DNA of 64,000 nt from Planctomycetota bacterium (GTDB lineage: Bacteria > Planctomycetota > Brocadiia > JAADGH01), in the NCBI GenBank assembly GCA_013152475.1, contig JAADGH010000162.1:45994-109993 (forward strand), given 5' to 3'. The notes below the pieces were generated by a model. That model had not been told where the DNA came from, made no database searches, and saw only the letters and a list, made by a program, of their open reading frames with translations. Both the position numbers and the translations under genes were made by a program. Each line of letters begins with the position of its first letter. Position 1 is the first letter of the stretch. Positions 27,586 to 36,675 of the stretch are shown here, piece by piece.

Positions 27586-29986
27586 CGCCAGAACCTGTCC
27601 TCTTTTTTCTTGCCTTGGTTTTGGTCTTTATTTTCCCGCCCTCCCCGGACTGTCCATCCTCGTCGCCGCCATAGTACCCATAAAAGCGATTCGGATAGTA
27701 ATAGTTATATTCGTAGTAGTACCGGAACCCGCGCAGTCTTGGGGGGACCGCATTGAGGATCAACCCCACGACGTTAGCCTTCGCATTCTCCATCTGGCGG
27801 AGCAAGTGGCGCCCTGCCGATGTTCTAAGGTTCCCGCTCTTTAAGACAAGGAGAACGCCATCCGCAACCTGCGAAAGGGCGAGCGCATCCGCCACCACGC
27901 CGACCGGCGCACAGTCCAGGAGGACTGCGTCGAAGTTCTTCTTGAGCTCCGCGAATATCGATCTCGCACGGCCGAGAGGGAAAGGCGTGGCCTGGCGGCG
28001 CGCGTCCCTCTCTCCGGCCACAAGCAATGACAGATTGCGTACATTGGTCCGAATTATGCTATCGTCACGCACCGCGCCGTTCTGAAGAAGTCCGGCGAAG
28101 CCCATTCTGCGGGGCCGTTCCGCACCCACTCGGCATTCGTGAAGGGGAACCGCCGACACCACGTTTTCCTCGCAATCGAACACTTCATTCTGTTTCGGTT
28201 GGTGCATATCCGCATCGATCAGCAACGTCCTTTTCCCCATGCTGGCCAAACAGGCCGCAAGGTTCGCTGCCACGAACGACTTGCCCTCCTGAGGAAGCAC
28301 ACTCGTGATGAGCAGGACCTTCCTCTCCTTGCTGAGCGCATGTGCAAGAGTATTCGTGGCGATTCGCCGGAACTGCTCCACATAAATCGATCTGGGATGG
28401 TCGCGCGGAAGAACGGAAAAATACTTGCCATTGCCATCGAGGGTATCCCTGTCAATCGCCGTGACTGAACCCAAGATTCGAACCCCGAGCTGGTTCTCGA
28501 CCTCCTCTTCGACTTGGAGGGTGGGATTAAGCATTTCGAGAGAAAGGGCGAGAACGTAGGCCCCTGCAATGAATAGGAACACGATACCCAAGGCCTTCTT
28601 CTTGGCCCGCGCCACCGCCTTCTCTCCGGCGATGTAAGCAGGTGTCACGACATCGATCTGGCTTCTGTCTATGCTCTGGGCAATGTTCGCTTCCTTGGCG
28701 TTTTCAACCAGCATGTCGAATAACTGCTCATTCGCCTTGGCTTCCCCCCTCAACATCCTGTAGGTCACGCTTTTTCGCCGTAGTTCGATGGTCGCTGCTT
28801 TCTGTTGCGTTAACGCCTGCTTTAGTTGACCTTCCCGCTGCTTGGCCAATTCATAGGCGGCCCTCGCGGCGTCAAGGGATTTCCTGCGCTCTTCCCGGAT
28901 CTGCCTCTTGATGGCCGTCATTTCATTGTCAATGTCCTGGACCTCAGGCCATTTCTCGCCAAAGCGTTTGCCCAGTGTGGATCGCTTGACCTCCAACCCG
29001 GCATACCGGCTTTTGAGTTCTTGGACTACGATGTTCTCTTGTTCGTTGGGAAAGGCTTGATCTTTCTTGGCAAGCTCCTCCAAACTCCGATAAAGCGTTT
29101 CTGCCTGAATCCGCTGAGTGCTTGCCTCCACGATAGCCGTATTGAGTTTGACCAGTTTCTCTTGGTCCACAGAGTACACCTCGCCCTGAAACTGCTGGGG
29201 GATGACCGCCAGGTTCTCTTTCTCAATGTACTCCTGGACCTTGTCCTCCGCCTTCTTGACGGCGAGTTGCACATCCCCTTGTTTCTCTCCCAACCATGAC
29301 AGCACTTCGCTCACCGCTTTGAAGCGCCTTTTCCTGTCTTGCTCCTTGAACACGTCCAGCGTCGTACTAAGGATGTTCTTGACGGTTTCTTTATCGCTCC
29401 CCTCAAAAGTAACGGTGACGATCCTGCTGTCCGACGTTCGGCCTTGTTTTACCCTTGTCGCATCGATGCGGCTGAGAAACAAGCCAATCGCCGTGTTGAT
29501 GTCCGCTGGTTGTCGTGTCGTCTCTGCGCTTTTTCCAATCAACCCGGAAACAAAGGCGCGGACCCTGTGAATCACCCCCCCACGCGCCCCCCAAAATTCC
29601 TCGTTGTCTTGCAGCCGCAGTCTCCGCACCACCTCCTCGGCCAACCCCCTGCCCTTCAATAGCTCTATCTGCGTGGCGATGTATGCATCCTGCTCCCAGA
29701 TCGTACTCAGCCCCACACCGGCATAGTCCTTGTTCACCACCTCCCCTCTTGAGCTGGGCGGCCCGACCGAGAACAGAAGCTGGGCCTTAGCCCCATACAT
29801 CGGCTCTGTGTTTGCAACAAAAAATACCCCTAACACCATACCCAGAATAACGAGCGGGAGTATGACCCCGATCCGCTTGCGCAGGACGTACAAATGATAC
29901 CGCGGAGACAGCCATTGCTCTTCAATGGACCGGCCTCCCGCCTTATGGCCCTGATCGTAGTCTCTTTCCTCTGGTTCCATGCTCAT
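27560..29986 (-). CDS. Wzc-type polysaccharide co-polymerase / bacterial tyrosine autokinase (BY-kinase)
   Basis: N-terminal TM plus long coiled-coil periplasmic (GumC/Wzz) region and a second TM. Walker A LLITSVLPQEGKSF (Lys codon 28280-28282), Walker A' LLIDADMHQP, Walker B FDAVLLDCAP. C-terminal Tyr cluster RYYYEYNYYYPNRFYGYY (27671-27721) followed by a Lys-rich tail. Confidence 0.9.
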   Translation of the reverse strand: MSMEPEERDYDQGHKAGGRSIEEQWLSPRYHLYVLRKRIGVILPLVILGMVLGVFFVANTEPMYGAKAQLLFSVGPPSSRGEVVNKDYAGVGLSTIWEQDAYIATQIELLKGRGLAEEVVRRLRLQDNEEFWGARGGVIHRVRAFVSGLIGKSAETTRQPADINTAIGLFLSRIDATRVKQGRTSDSRIVTVTFEGSDKETVKNILSTTLDVFKEQDRKRRFKAVSEVLSWLGEKQGDVQLAVKKAEDKVQEYIEKENLAVIPQQFQGEVYSVDQEKLVKLNTAIVEASTQRIQAETLYRSLEELAKKDQAFPNEQENIVVQELKSRYAGLEVKRSTLGKRFGEKWPEVQDIDNEMTAIKRQIREERRKSLDAARAAYELAKQREGQLKQALTQQKAATIELRRKSVTYRMLRGEAKANEQLFDMLVENAKEANIAQSIDRSQIDVVTPAYIAGEKAVARAKKKALGIVFLFIAGAYVLALSLEMLNPTLQVEEEVENQLGVRILGSVTAIDRDTLDGNGKYFSVLPRDHPRSIYVEQFRRIATNTLAHALSKERKVLLITSVLPQEGKSFVAANLAACLASMGKRTLLIDADMHQPKQNEVFDCEENVVSAVPLHECRVGAERPRRMGFAGLLQNGAVRDDSIIRTNVRNLSLLVAGERDARRQATPFPLGRARSIFAELKKNFDAVLLDCAPVGVVADALALSQVADGVLLVLKSGNLRTSAGRHLLRQMENAKANVVGLILNAVPPRLRGFRYYYEYNYYYPNRFYGYYGGDEDGQSGEGGKIKTKTKARKKRTGSGVDGNRSAP

Positions 29987-30209
29987 CGTTTTTTTCTCTC
30001 ATCGTTGGCTTGGATTCGGCGAAGAGGACCCGAACCGCCGATGGCTTGTACTCCTACGAGCGGATGGCCTCCTGGCACAGTGCGATCTCCTCTGGTTGCG
30101 CGTCGATCCCCGGCGCGGAGACCCTGTACACAGCTCCGCCGTCTCGACTGCGTGCCTTTTTGCAGACGACTCCACATCGCAATCCAATCCGCCGGATCGC
30201 GTCGTACGC

Positions 30210-30806
30210 CTATAGGGGCTCGACATCGTCGGCTCGGATGCTCAGCGACGCCGCCTTGGCAATCAGGTCGATGGCAATCACCAGCCGGTGGTGTCGATCT
30301 TTTCTCACCAGAACGCCCTCGGCGCCCGCAAGGGGGCCGGACTTCACGCGCACCCTGTGTCCCTGTTCCAGATAGGGATGTGGATCGAGACTCAATCCCG
30401 TGTCGAGGGCCGTCCTGAGCCTGTCAATCTGATCGCGCGGCACGGCGCTATACCTGCCGTTTCCCGCGCCGAGTATGCGTATCAAACCGCGGGTCCAGCC
30501 GACATCGAGCAGCCGATCCGACGGCGACTTTACGAACAAATAGCACGAAAAAAGGGGTACGTCCACTTCCGCCCGCCGCTTGCCGTAGACACGGCTCCGC
30601 CGGATGAGGGGAAGAAAGACCTCAAGCCCCTTCGCCTTCAGCCGTTCTCCCACCTGTTTCTCGTGGCGAGGTCTCGTGTGAACGGCGTACCATGCGGCTT
30701 CCTGCACGACCGGCGCAGCACCCCTGTTCGCCGCACACTGCAAAGTACACTCGCCGGCGGGCTTGTGGTCATGTCTGCCGGTCTCAAGGGCATGGCTGCT
30801 GATCAT
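30210..30806 (-). CDS. UpxY/RfaH-like NusG-family transcription antitermination factor
   Basis: NGN domain WYAVHTRPRHEKQVGERLKAKGLEVFLPL...PLFSCYLFV and KOW motif GHRVRVKSGPLAGAEGVLV. ATG 30806 forms an ATGA overlap with the upstream stop. A later GTG (~30715) is also possible. Confidence 0.8.
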   Translation of the reverse strand: MISSHALETGRHDHKPAGECTLQCAANRGAAPVVQEAAWYAVHTRPRHEKQVGERLKAKGLEVFLPLIRRSRVYGKRRAEVDVPLFSCYLFVKSPSDRLLDVGWTRGLIRILGAGNGRYSAVPRDQIDRLRTALDTGLSLDPHPYLEQGHRVRVKSGPLAGAEGVLVRKDRHHRLVIAIDLIAKAASLSIRADDVEPL

Positions 30807-33025
30807 TGGGTCCACCTCGGCTCCTCCGTCCCGTTGCGACACGAGGCATCACAAACGGTCCCGCCTGAATCACTCTCGTTCAGCACAATACCGACCAGAT
30901 TGCTATTGGCCTTCTCGACCCGTCGAATGGCGCTGCGCGCCGCCCTTCTTGGTACGGCTCCGCTTCTCATAACCACAAGAACCGAATCCGATGCACCGAT
31001 TATATCCAGCCCATCCACCATATGGTCTATGGGCGCGCTATCGACAACCACCGCGTCAAACTCCGCCGAGGCCCGAGACAAAACCCGCCCAAGTCTATCG
31101 GCGCCCGGAGAAGAAGGTTCGCCCGTTTCTTGCCCTCTGCTCCCCGCCGTCACAATCGCCAGGTTGGGCGTACCTGCCCCCTGTATCACAGTATGAATGT
31201 CGGCGCCGCCCCGGCGAGCGATCTCGGCAAACCCAGGTCCTTTCTCCAGCCCAAACGCCTTGTGGATCAACGGGCGTTCCATATCGGAGTCAACCAGCAG
31301 CGCCTTCCTGCCGAGTTGGGCCAGGCAAATGGCAAGGTTCGCCGCCACGGTTGTCCTCCCCTCCTCGCGGGATATGCTCGTGACGCAGACTGTTTTCTGC
31401 CCATTGTCAAAGACCTGTGCAAGCAAAATGACAGTGAGCTCCTGGAATTGCTTGGAGAACAATGAGTTTGGCTCGGCCTGGGTGACCAACGGCACGGCAC
31501 AGTCGTTGCTCCCGGTGAGATCGGGACTCGCCCGCGCGATAGAACCAAGCGCACGGACCTCAAGACGAGTCTCGATATCGTCCTCGGCTCGGATGGCCCC
31601 ATTGCGTCTTTCGACGAGGAGCGCCAGTCCAATGCCCACGAGGATAGCAGACACGACAAGACAAGCTGCCGCCACTTTGTCTCTCCGAGATTCCACCTTG
31701 CCAGCCAACTGAGCCGGTGCGGCAATGATGACTTGCCGTCTGTCGGCCGCCTCGCCCCCGCGCACCTCCTTGGCGCTCGCCAGAAGCAGGTCGGCCATCT
31801 TCTCGGTCGCTGCGATTTCCCGCTCGATCTCTCTGGACTGCAACGCCTTGCGACCCAGCGCCACCACGTGCTGCTTCTGTCGCTCGACGGCCTCCCGCAG
31901 CCGCTTCTCTTTCTCTCTCGCAAGATCGCAAGCCGCCTTGGCGGAGGACAGCACCTTCTTCTTCCCTGCCTCAATCTGCTTGTTCACACCGGCAAGCTCC
32001 GAGTCGGTTTTCACAACCTCGGGCCATTTCCCCCCGAACTTTCCCGCCAGCACAGCCCGGCGCGCAACCAACTCGTCACGCCTGGCCCTCAACCTTTGGA
32101 TTCCCCCGCCCCCCGCGCCACGAGGTGGGTTCTCGCAAAGTTCGTCGTCCTTCAGCAACTGCTGGTACAGCACCTCGGCCTGGATCCTTCTCGTCTCCGC
32201 CTCGGCAAGCGCATGGCTCAACCTCTCGAGCTTCTCAGCGGCCAGAACGTCCTCTCCCTTCTTCTCGCCGGAGGCGGTGGTCGGCTTTCCATTCTTGGCT
32301 TGCTTTCCAAGCTGCTTTTCGCGTTGTGCTATGGCCGCCTGGAGCTCGTGCCGTTTGGCCTGGAACCATTCCAGGGCCTCATTAGCGCGGCTGCGGCGCC
32401 TTTCGGTGTCCATCTCGATAAATGTTTCCATCAGCACGTCCAGAATCCGGACGATCTTCTCGGGGTGGCTCCCCACGAACGACACTTCAATTGTCCGGCC
32501 GTCAGCGCCGCCCGTCACACCGACCCGATCCATGATTTCCCCCGGAATGTCCAGATCGCTCTCCTGCCCGGATATCCTCTTGCCGTACGTGGTCTCGATC
32601 GTCCCTTTGATCCAGGACTGAACGGCCAGGACGGCGCGAGATACGTATCCGGGCGGATCGGCCTCAAACTCCCACTTGTCCGCCATCTTCAGCTTCCTGC
32701 CCACCGCTTCGGCGAGGGAACGTGTCTTGAGCAATGCCATCTGCGTCGGCATGTCCCACTCCAATGCCGCGCCGCCGACTGGGGACGCAGCCTTTCCATC
32801 GGTTGGGATGCGCCCGCCGGAAACCGTGAACAGGAGTCGTCCCCTGGCACAGTAGCGCTTGGGAGCGGTGGCGAGCAGAACGAGCGCCGCGACCACACCC
32901 ACAAGGACAACGGCGAGGATCAGCCATGCGCGACGGCGCAAGACGCGACCACAGCGCCGGGTCCGGTCCCACGCACGGCCTCCTTCGGCTCTACTTCTGC
33001 CCTGGATCATCTCCATTATTCGCAC
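30803..33025 (-). CDS. second Wzc-like co-polymerase/kinase-fold protein with degenerate Walker A and no Tyr cluster
   Basis: Same architecture as 27560-29986 (TM, coiled-coil GumC-like region, TM, P-loop domain), but Walker A reads VCVTSISREEGRTT (Arg codon 31355-31357 where Lys is expected). The C-terminus ...NESDSGGTVCDASCRNGTEEPRWTQ contains no tyrosine. First codon is GTG 33025; ATGs at 33016 and 33010. Confidence 0.8.
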   Translation of the reverse strand: MRIMEMIQGRSRAEGGRAWDRTRRCGRVLRRRAWLILAVVLVGVVAALVLLATAPKRYCARGRLLFTVSGGRIPTDGKAASPVGGAALEWDMPTQMALLKTRSLAEAVGRKLKMADKWEFEADPPGYVSRAVLAVQSWIKGTIETTYGKRISGQESDLDIPGEIMDRVGVTGGADGRTIEVSFVGSHPEKIVRILDVLMETFIEMDTERRRSRANEALEWFQAKRHELQAAIAQREKQLGKQAKNGKPTTASGEKKGEDVLAAEKLERLSHALAEAETRRIQAEVLYQQLLKDDELCENPPRGAGGGGIQRLRARRDELVARRAVLAGKFGGKWPEVVKTDSELAGVNKQIEAGKKKVLSSAKAACDLAREKEKRLREAVERQKQHVVALGRKALQSREIEREIAATEKMADLLLASAKEVRGGEAADRRQVIIAAPAQLAGKVESRRDKVAAACLVVSAILVGIGLALLVERRNGAIRAEDDIETRLEVRALGSIARASPDLTGSNDCAVPLVTQAEPNSLFSKQFQELTVILLAQVFDNGQKTVCVTSISREEGRTTVAANLAICLAQLGRKALLVDSDMERPLIHKAFGLEKGPGFAEIARRGGADIHTVIQGAGTPNLAIVTAGSRGQETGEPSSPGADRLGRVLSRASAEFDAVVVDSAPIDHMVDGLDIIGASDSVLVVMRSGAVPRRAARSAIRRVEKANSNLVGIVLNESDSGGTVCDASCRNGTEEPRWTQ

Positions 33026-33076
33026 GTGTCTTTCTCAAGCTCCAATCGCGCCCCCCCCCGCGCATAAGGTACTCCC

Positions 33077-33904
33077 TCAGCGCACAGGGGAGACGGGGCC
33101 GATGGGTGAAACGATCACCCTCTGGGGCGGCTCAACCACGTGCTCCACTTGTTCTCTTGCCGCGGGCAGATCGGGGGGCACAATCAAAACGGCGTCTGCG
33201 GGATCGAGTCGCACGATCATCGGCAGTTTCAGCGGTTTCTGGTCCGGCAGATCGTCGACTCCTCGTCCCGAGAAAACCTTCTCTTCCTCGCTCTTAAGGT
33301 CTTCCCCCTTCAGCGTGTGCACGATCCAACCCGCTGGGACCCAGACGTATATCCTGTCCTGGCTATCCTTCTCATGGGTAATGAGAACGCATCGCTGTGC
33401 CCTCTCGACCCGGGCCTTTTGCTGCCCACGCATCTGCCACTTCGCGCCCGTCATCTTCTCGTCCACGAACGCGATAGGCTCCAGACACACCTGCCGCCAC
33501 CCATCCTTAACAACGAAGAACGAGTGTTCGCCGCCTTCGACGCCGATGTCCCCATCCGGCACCCAGACGTTCAGCTTCCCGCCGGGGGGACAATCCACTT
33601 CCACCTCTCCTTCGCTGATCTTCACCCCTTCGAGCATCTTGCCCTTGCTGTCGGACATCTCGAATTTCGTGAGGAGCGCCTGAGCGCCCATCCGAAGCCG
33701 CACACGGGCCCCACTCTCCATCTCCACTTCCACAGGCTTGATGCTCGCCGTAACCTGCTTCTCCTCAAGGACGATCCGCGTGGGGGCCATTGCCTGCCCG
33801 TCTGCCCCAACTCCGGGCTGTTTTTTTCCTTTCGGTTTGTCCTGTGCGAAAACCGTCGCCAAGACCAACGCATTCAACACAAACACCTTTGCCCTGTTCA
33901 TCAT
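33077..33904 (-). CDS. secreted hypothetical protein
   Basis: MMNRAKVFVLNALVLATVFAQ signal peptide. Same-strand operon position between the OM barrel and the Wzc-like gene. No domain recognised. Confidence 0.6.
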   Translation of the reverse strand: MMNRAKVFVLNALVLATVFAQDKPKGKKQPGVGADGQAMAPTRIVLEEKQVTASIKPVEVEMESGARVRLRMGAQALLTKFEMSDSKGKMLEGVKISEGEVEVDCPPGGKLNVWVPDGDIGVEGGEHSFFVVKDGWRQVCLEPIAFVDEKMTGAKWQMRGQQKARVERAQRCVLITHEKDSQDRIYVWVPAGWIVHTLKGEDLKSEEEKVFSGRGVDDLPDQKPLKLPMIVRLDPADAVLIVPPDLPAAREQVEHVVEPPQRVIVSPIGPVSPVR

Positions 33905-33917
33905 AGCCCTGCTTCCG

Positions 33918-35417
33918 CTAAAAGCCGTAGATGGCGTTCAAGGTGAACAAGTTTTCCTCAAAACAACCCTCTCTTGCATACGGGCCGTACTTCTGATACT
34001 GGTACCGCCCCTCAAAGGACCACTGCTCTCGAGGTCGCCACCGAATACCGGCGCTGGCGACCCACAGCTCGTTCGTCGCCCCCGGCGGCTCCCCTATGTC
34101 GTCAAGGATATAGGCTATGCCAGCCAGGAAGTCCAACTTCCGGGTGAACCGGTACAGCGCGTCCAGAGACAACGAGGTCGACTCGAAATTGGCCTTGCTG
34201 ACGCCCCCCTCGAGGGTGGTCGTTTCCACAATACTATGATCGCCGTAGAAGCCAAACCGCAGTTTGCTGGTGATGTCGTACGTAAGCTCAGCATGCCCGA
34301 CCCATCCACCGACATTGTGGCCGTCCAGAAGATGATACCACTCATATCCCGCCAGAACTCGGCCGTTCAGCTTGGCGCTTATGTCCCACTCGAAGCCGCC
34401 GGCAAGATGGTCATGTTCTCTCCTTCTGGAGGGGTCCCAGTCGTGATAATACTCCGACACAAGACTCACCCGAGGCAGGATTTTGTAGGATAACTCCCCG
34501 CCTACCGTCACAATGTCGTAGTTCGCCTCCCAGTTGCGCCGCGCATCAAAACGCGCGAGATCATGAACAAATCGGCCCTCGATCCTCAGCTTGTTCCGGG
34601 ACTTATAGTACCCCACGATCTCCGCCGTATTCGTCCAGAAGTAGTTCAGCAGGTGCCGGGTTTCCGTGGCAGGATTATACTCTCGCACGCCCCCGGTAGC
34701 CGGGTCCACCCACATCGACCGCCTGCTGGGAAAAGTCGGCGGAGACATCTCGTGGGACAGGGAGTCCCTGACGCGAAATCCAAACCCATGGCCGACTTTC
34801 ACGTCCATGATCCCCGAAAGGTAATGCTCGTCTGCGTCGAATTCATGGAAGCTGCCCGCCCGGGTGATGTCGGCGTTGTAGTCAACGATTATCGGGGCGA
34901 GGATACCCGGCACCTCCATGTGAACGTTGGGCGAGATGACATGAAACACGTCGCCCGGCCGCTTGTGGCGCCCCGGTATCTCGCCTCCTCTCACAAGAAA
35001 GATATTGTCCGAAAACTCCATCTGATAGCCAACCCCGCCCCGCACCCTGACAAAGTCGGCGAGTTCCGTTTGCGGATACGTCCCCTCTCCCGTCTTCGGT
35101 TCTTTTGACAGGTCGACCTTGGGAAGACGCTCCGCTCCGCGCCAGTTCTTGAACCGCTGTGTCGCCGTGCTCTGGGGGGTGAAACGTCTTGGCGCCGGTT
35201 GCGCAGTTGCCGGCAGGGAAAATGTTGTCCCCATCGCAAGCAGCACAGCAGCCATGAGCCCAAACGCGCCCAAGACAGCAACACGTCCGCTCGCCCGTCT
35301 CCCCTGCTCCTTGGCGCCGATCCTTGCGTTCACGCTCCGACTTTCCAGAAACATAGCGCCTGCCACTGACGACAGACTTGACACCCGATCCCGGAAAAAG
35401 GGCCCGGTTAGAACCAA
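33918..35417 (-). CDS. outer-membrane beta-barrel protein (EPS-locus associated)
   Basis: Ends ...FTLNAIYGF (aromatic C-terminal residue typical of OM barrels), with alternating hydrophobic patterns and many Y/G/W/R residues. The track start 35417 is TTG; ATG 35354 gives a long signal peptide ending LPATAQ. Confidence 0.65.
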   Translation of the reverse strand: MVLTGPFFRDRVSSLSSVAGAMFLESRSVNARIGAKEQGRRASGRVAVLGAFGLMAAVLLAMGTTFSLPATAQPAPRRFTPQSTATQRFKNWRGAERLPKVDLSKEPKTGEGTYPQTELADFVRVRGGVGYQMEFSDNIFLVRGGEIPGRHKRPGDVFHVISPNVHMEVPGILAPIIVDYNADITRAGSFHEFDADEHYLSGIMDVKVGHGFGFRVRDSLSHEMSPPTFPSRRSMWVDPATGGVREYNPATETRHLLNYFWTNTAEIVGYYKSRNKLRIEGRFVHDLARFDARRNWEANYDIVTVGGELSYKILPRVSLVSEYYHDWDPSRRREHDHLAGGFEWDISAKLNGRVLAGYEWYHLLDGHNVGGWVGHAELTYDITSKLRFGFYGDHSIVETTTLEGGVSKANFESTSLSLDALYRFTRKLDFLAGIAYILDDIGEPPGATNELWVASAGIRWRPREQWSFEGRYQYQKYGPYAREGCFEENLFTLNAIYGF

Positions 35418-36499
35418 CCCTCCGGTATAACAATCGTATCACCGCACTCAACCTGATGGCTCGTGTCCACCTTCAGCGGCGCCTGCTTGGTCGCCCCGCC
35501 TTCCTTGATAATCTGTATGCCGTTTGTTGTGCCTCGATCCGTCAACCCGCCGGCAATGGAGATGGCATTGAGCACGGTCATCCTCTCCCGCCACGGATAC
35601 ATCCCCGGCTTGTTTACATGCCCAATGATGAAGAAGTTCATCAGAAGCTGTTTGGACGAAGGGATCATGATCGTGTCACCGGCCATCAACTCGAAGTCGG
35701 CGGCCTGCTTGCCCGCAAGCACCGTTTCCAGATCAAAGGACCTCGTTGCGCTTGCCTGCCCGCCCTGGCGCTTCCCGGACGGGATGATCGTAAGCAGGTT
35801 CCCCGCGTACTGGTTCGGCCCCCCCGCCCGCGCAATGAGGTCAACAACCCGCATTCCCTTGACAAGGGCAAATGCCCCGGGGTTGTGCACGCACCCCAAA
35901 ACGTTCACCTTTTCCGCCATCTCCTCCACCGAGGGGAATATCACAATCGTATCGGGGGACAGCATAACGTCTTTGCTCACGTCCCCGTTTAGAAGCGGTA
36001 TCAGGGACACTCGAGTCACCTTATGCTCGGCTTTGCCCTGTATCTTTCGCCGAATGATGATCGCCTCCTTGCTTGACGTCTCACTGAGCCCGCCCGCGTG
36101 CGATAGCAACTCCAACATCGATATCTTTGACCGAACCTTCACCGGCCCGGGCTTCGCTACCGAGCCAATCACCATGACGTATCGGCTCGCGGCCTCCAGG
36201 ACCACCACGGTGACCTGGGGATCTTTTACGTACCCCGCGGCCAGCTTCTTGGTGATCTCTTCCTCGATCTGCCTGGCCGTGCGGCCGGTTGCGGAGATCA
36301 CGCCGATCGGCCGAAACGCAAAAATGCCCTCTTCCGGGATCGTCAACTTCTGTTCCAGTTCCTTCACGCCCGCTACATAGATCTGGATTGTATCGCCCGG
36401 CCCAAGAAGCAAGGAATCCTCTGCCAACAAGCATGTGCATGCGATGGCGCAAGCAATTACCGGGGCAAAGACCAAGCGGTGTGCTTTGAGACTGGTCAT
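35408..36499 (-). CDS. Wza-like polysaccharide export protein (Poly_export + SLBB domains)
   Basis: LLLGPGDTIQIYVAGVKELEQKLTIPEEGIFAFRPIGVISATGRTARQIEEEITKKLAAGYVKDPQVTVVV is the classic Poly_export domain, followed by repeated SLBB-like segments. ATG 36499 (MTSLKAHRLVFAPVIACAIAC...); the track start 36562 is TTG. Confidence 0.85.
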   Translation of the reverse strand: MTSLKAHRLVFAPVIACAIACTCLLAEDSLLLGPGDTIQIYVAGVKELEQKLTIPEEGIFAFRPIGVISATGRTARQIEEEITKKLAAGYVKDPQVTVVVLEAASRYVMVIGSVAKPGPVKVRSKISMLELLSHAGGLSETSSKEAIIIRRKIQGKAEHKVTRVSLIPLLNGDVSKDVMLSPDTIVIFPSVEEMAEKVNVLGCVHNPGAFALVKGMRVVDLIARAGGPNQYAGNLLTIIPSGKRQGGQASATRSFDLETVLAGKQAADFELMAGDTIMIPSSKQLLMNFFIIGHVNKPGMYPWRERMTVLNAISIAGGLTDRGTTNGIQIIKEGGATKQAPLKVDTSHQVECGDTIVIPEGWF

Positions 36500-36617
36500 G
36501 GGAACTTGGACTCTAAATCCAGAAGCAATCCTTTGCGTTTCTGGCCATCCTTCATGCTTCAAGGGGTGAAACGTTCGCTTGCCAGCGCATGTACTCTTTT
36601 ACATTATATGCTTATTT

Positions 36618-36675
36618 AGTCTAAACCAAAACCATGTCTCTTGTCAAGCAGCAAACTGTCGAGGAGGTTTCCCCA
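36618..36675 (-). promoter_or_regulatory. predicted EPS-operon promoter with upstream G-rich box
   Basis: Minus strand: TGGGGAAACCTCCT (36675-36662), 14 nt, TTGACA (36647-36642), 18 nt, TAGACT (36623-36618). AT-rich surroundings. 55-120 nt upstream of the Wza-like start. Confidence 0.45.

Noticed and set aside
28465-28485. GATTCGAACCC string reminiscent of a tRNA T-arm
   Set aside because: It lies inside the Wzc coding frame, with no acceptor or anticodon arms around it. No tRNA was found elsewhere by eye.
31733-33067. 444-aa plus-strand ORF (and 31725..32621) over the second Wzc-like gene
   Set aside because: It is antisense to a protein with the full Wzc architecture. S/P/R-rich shadow frames.
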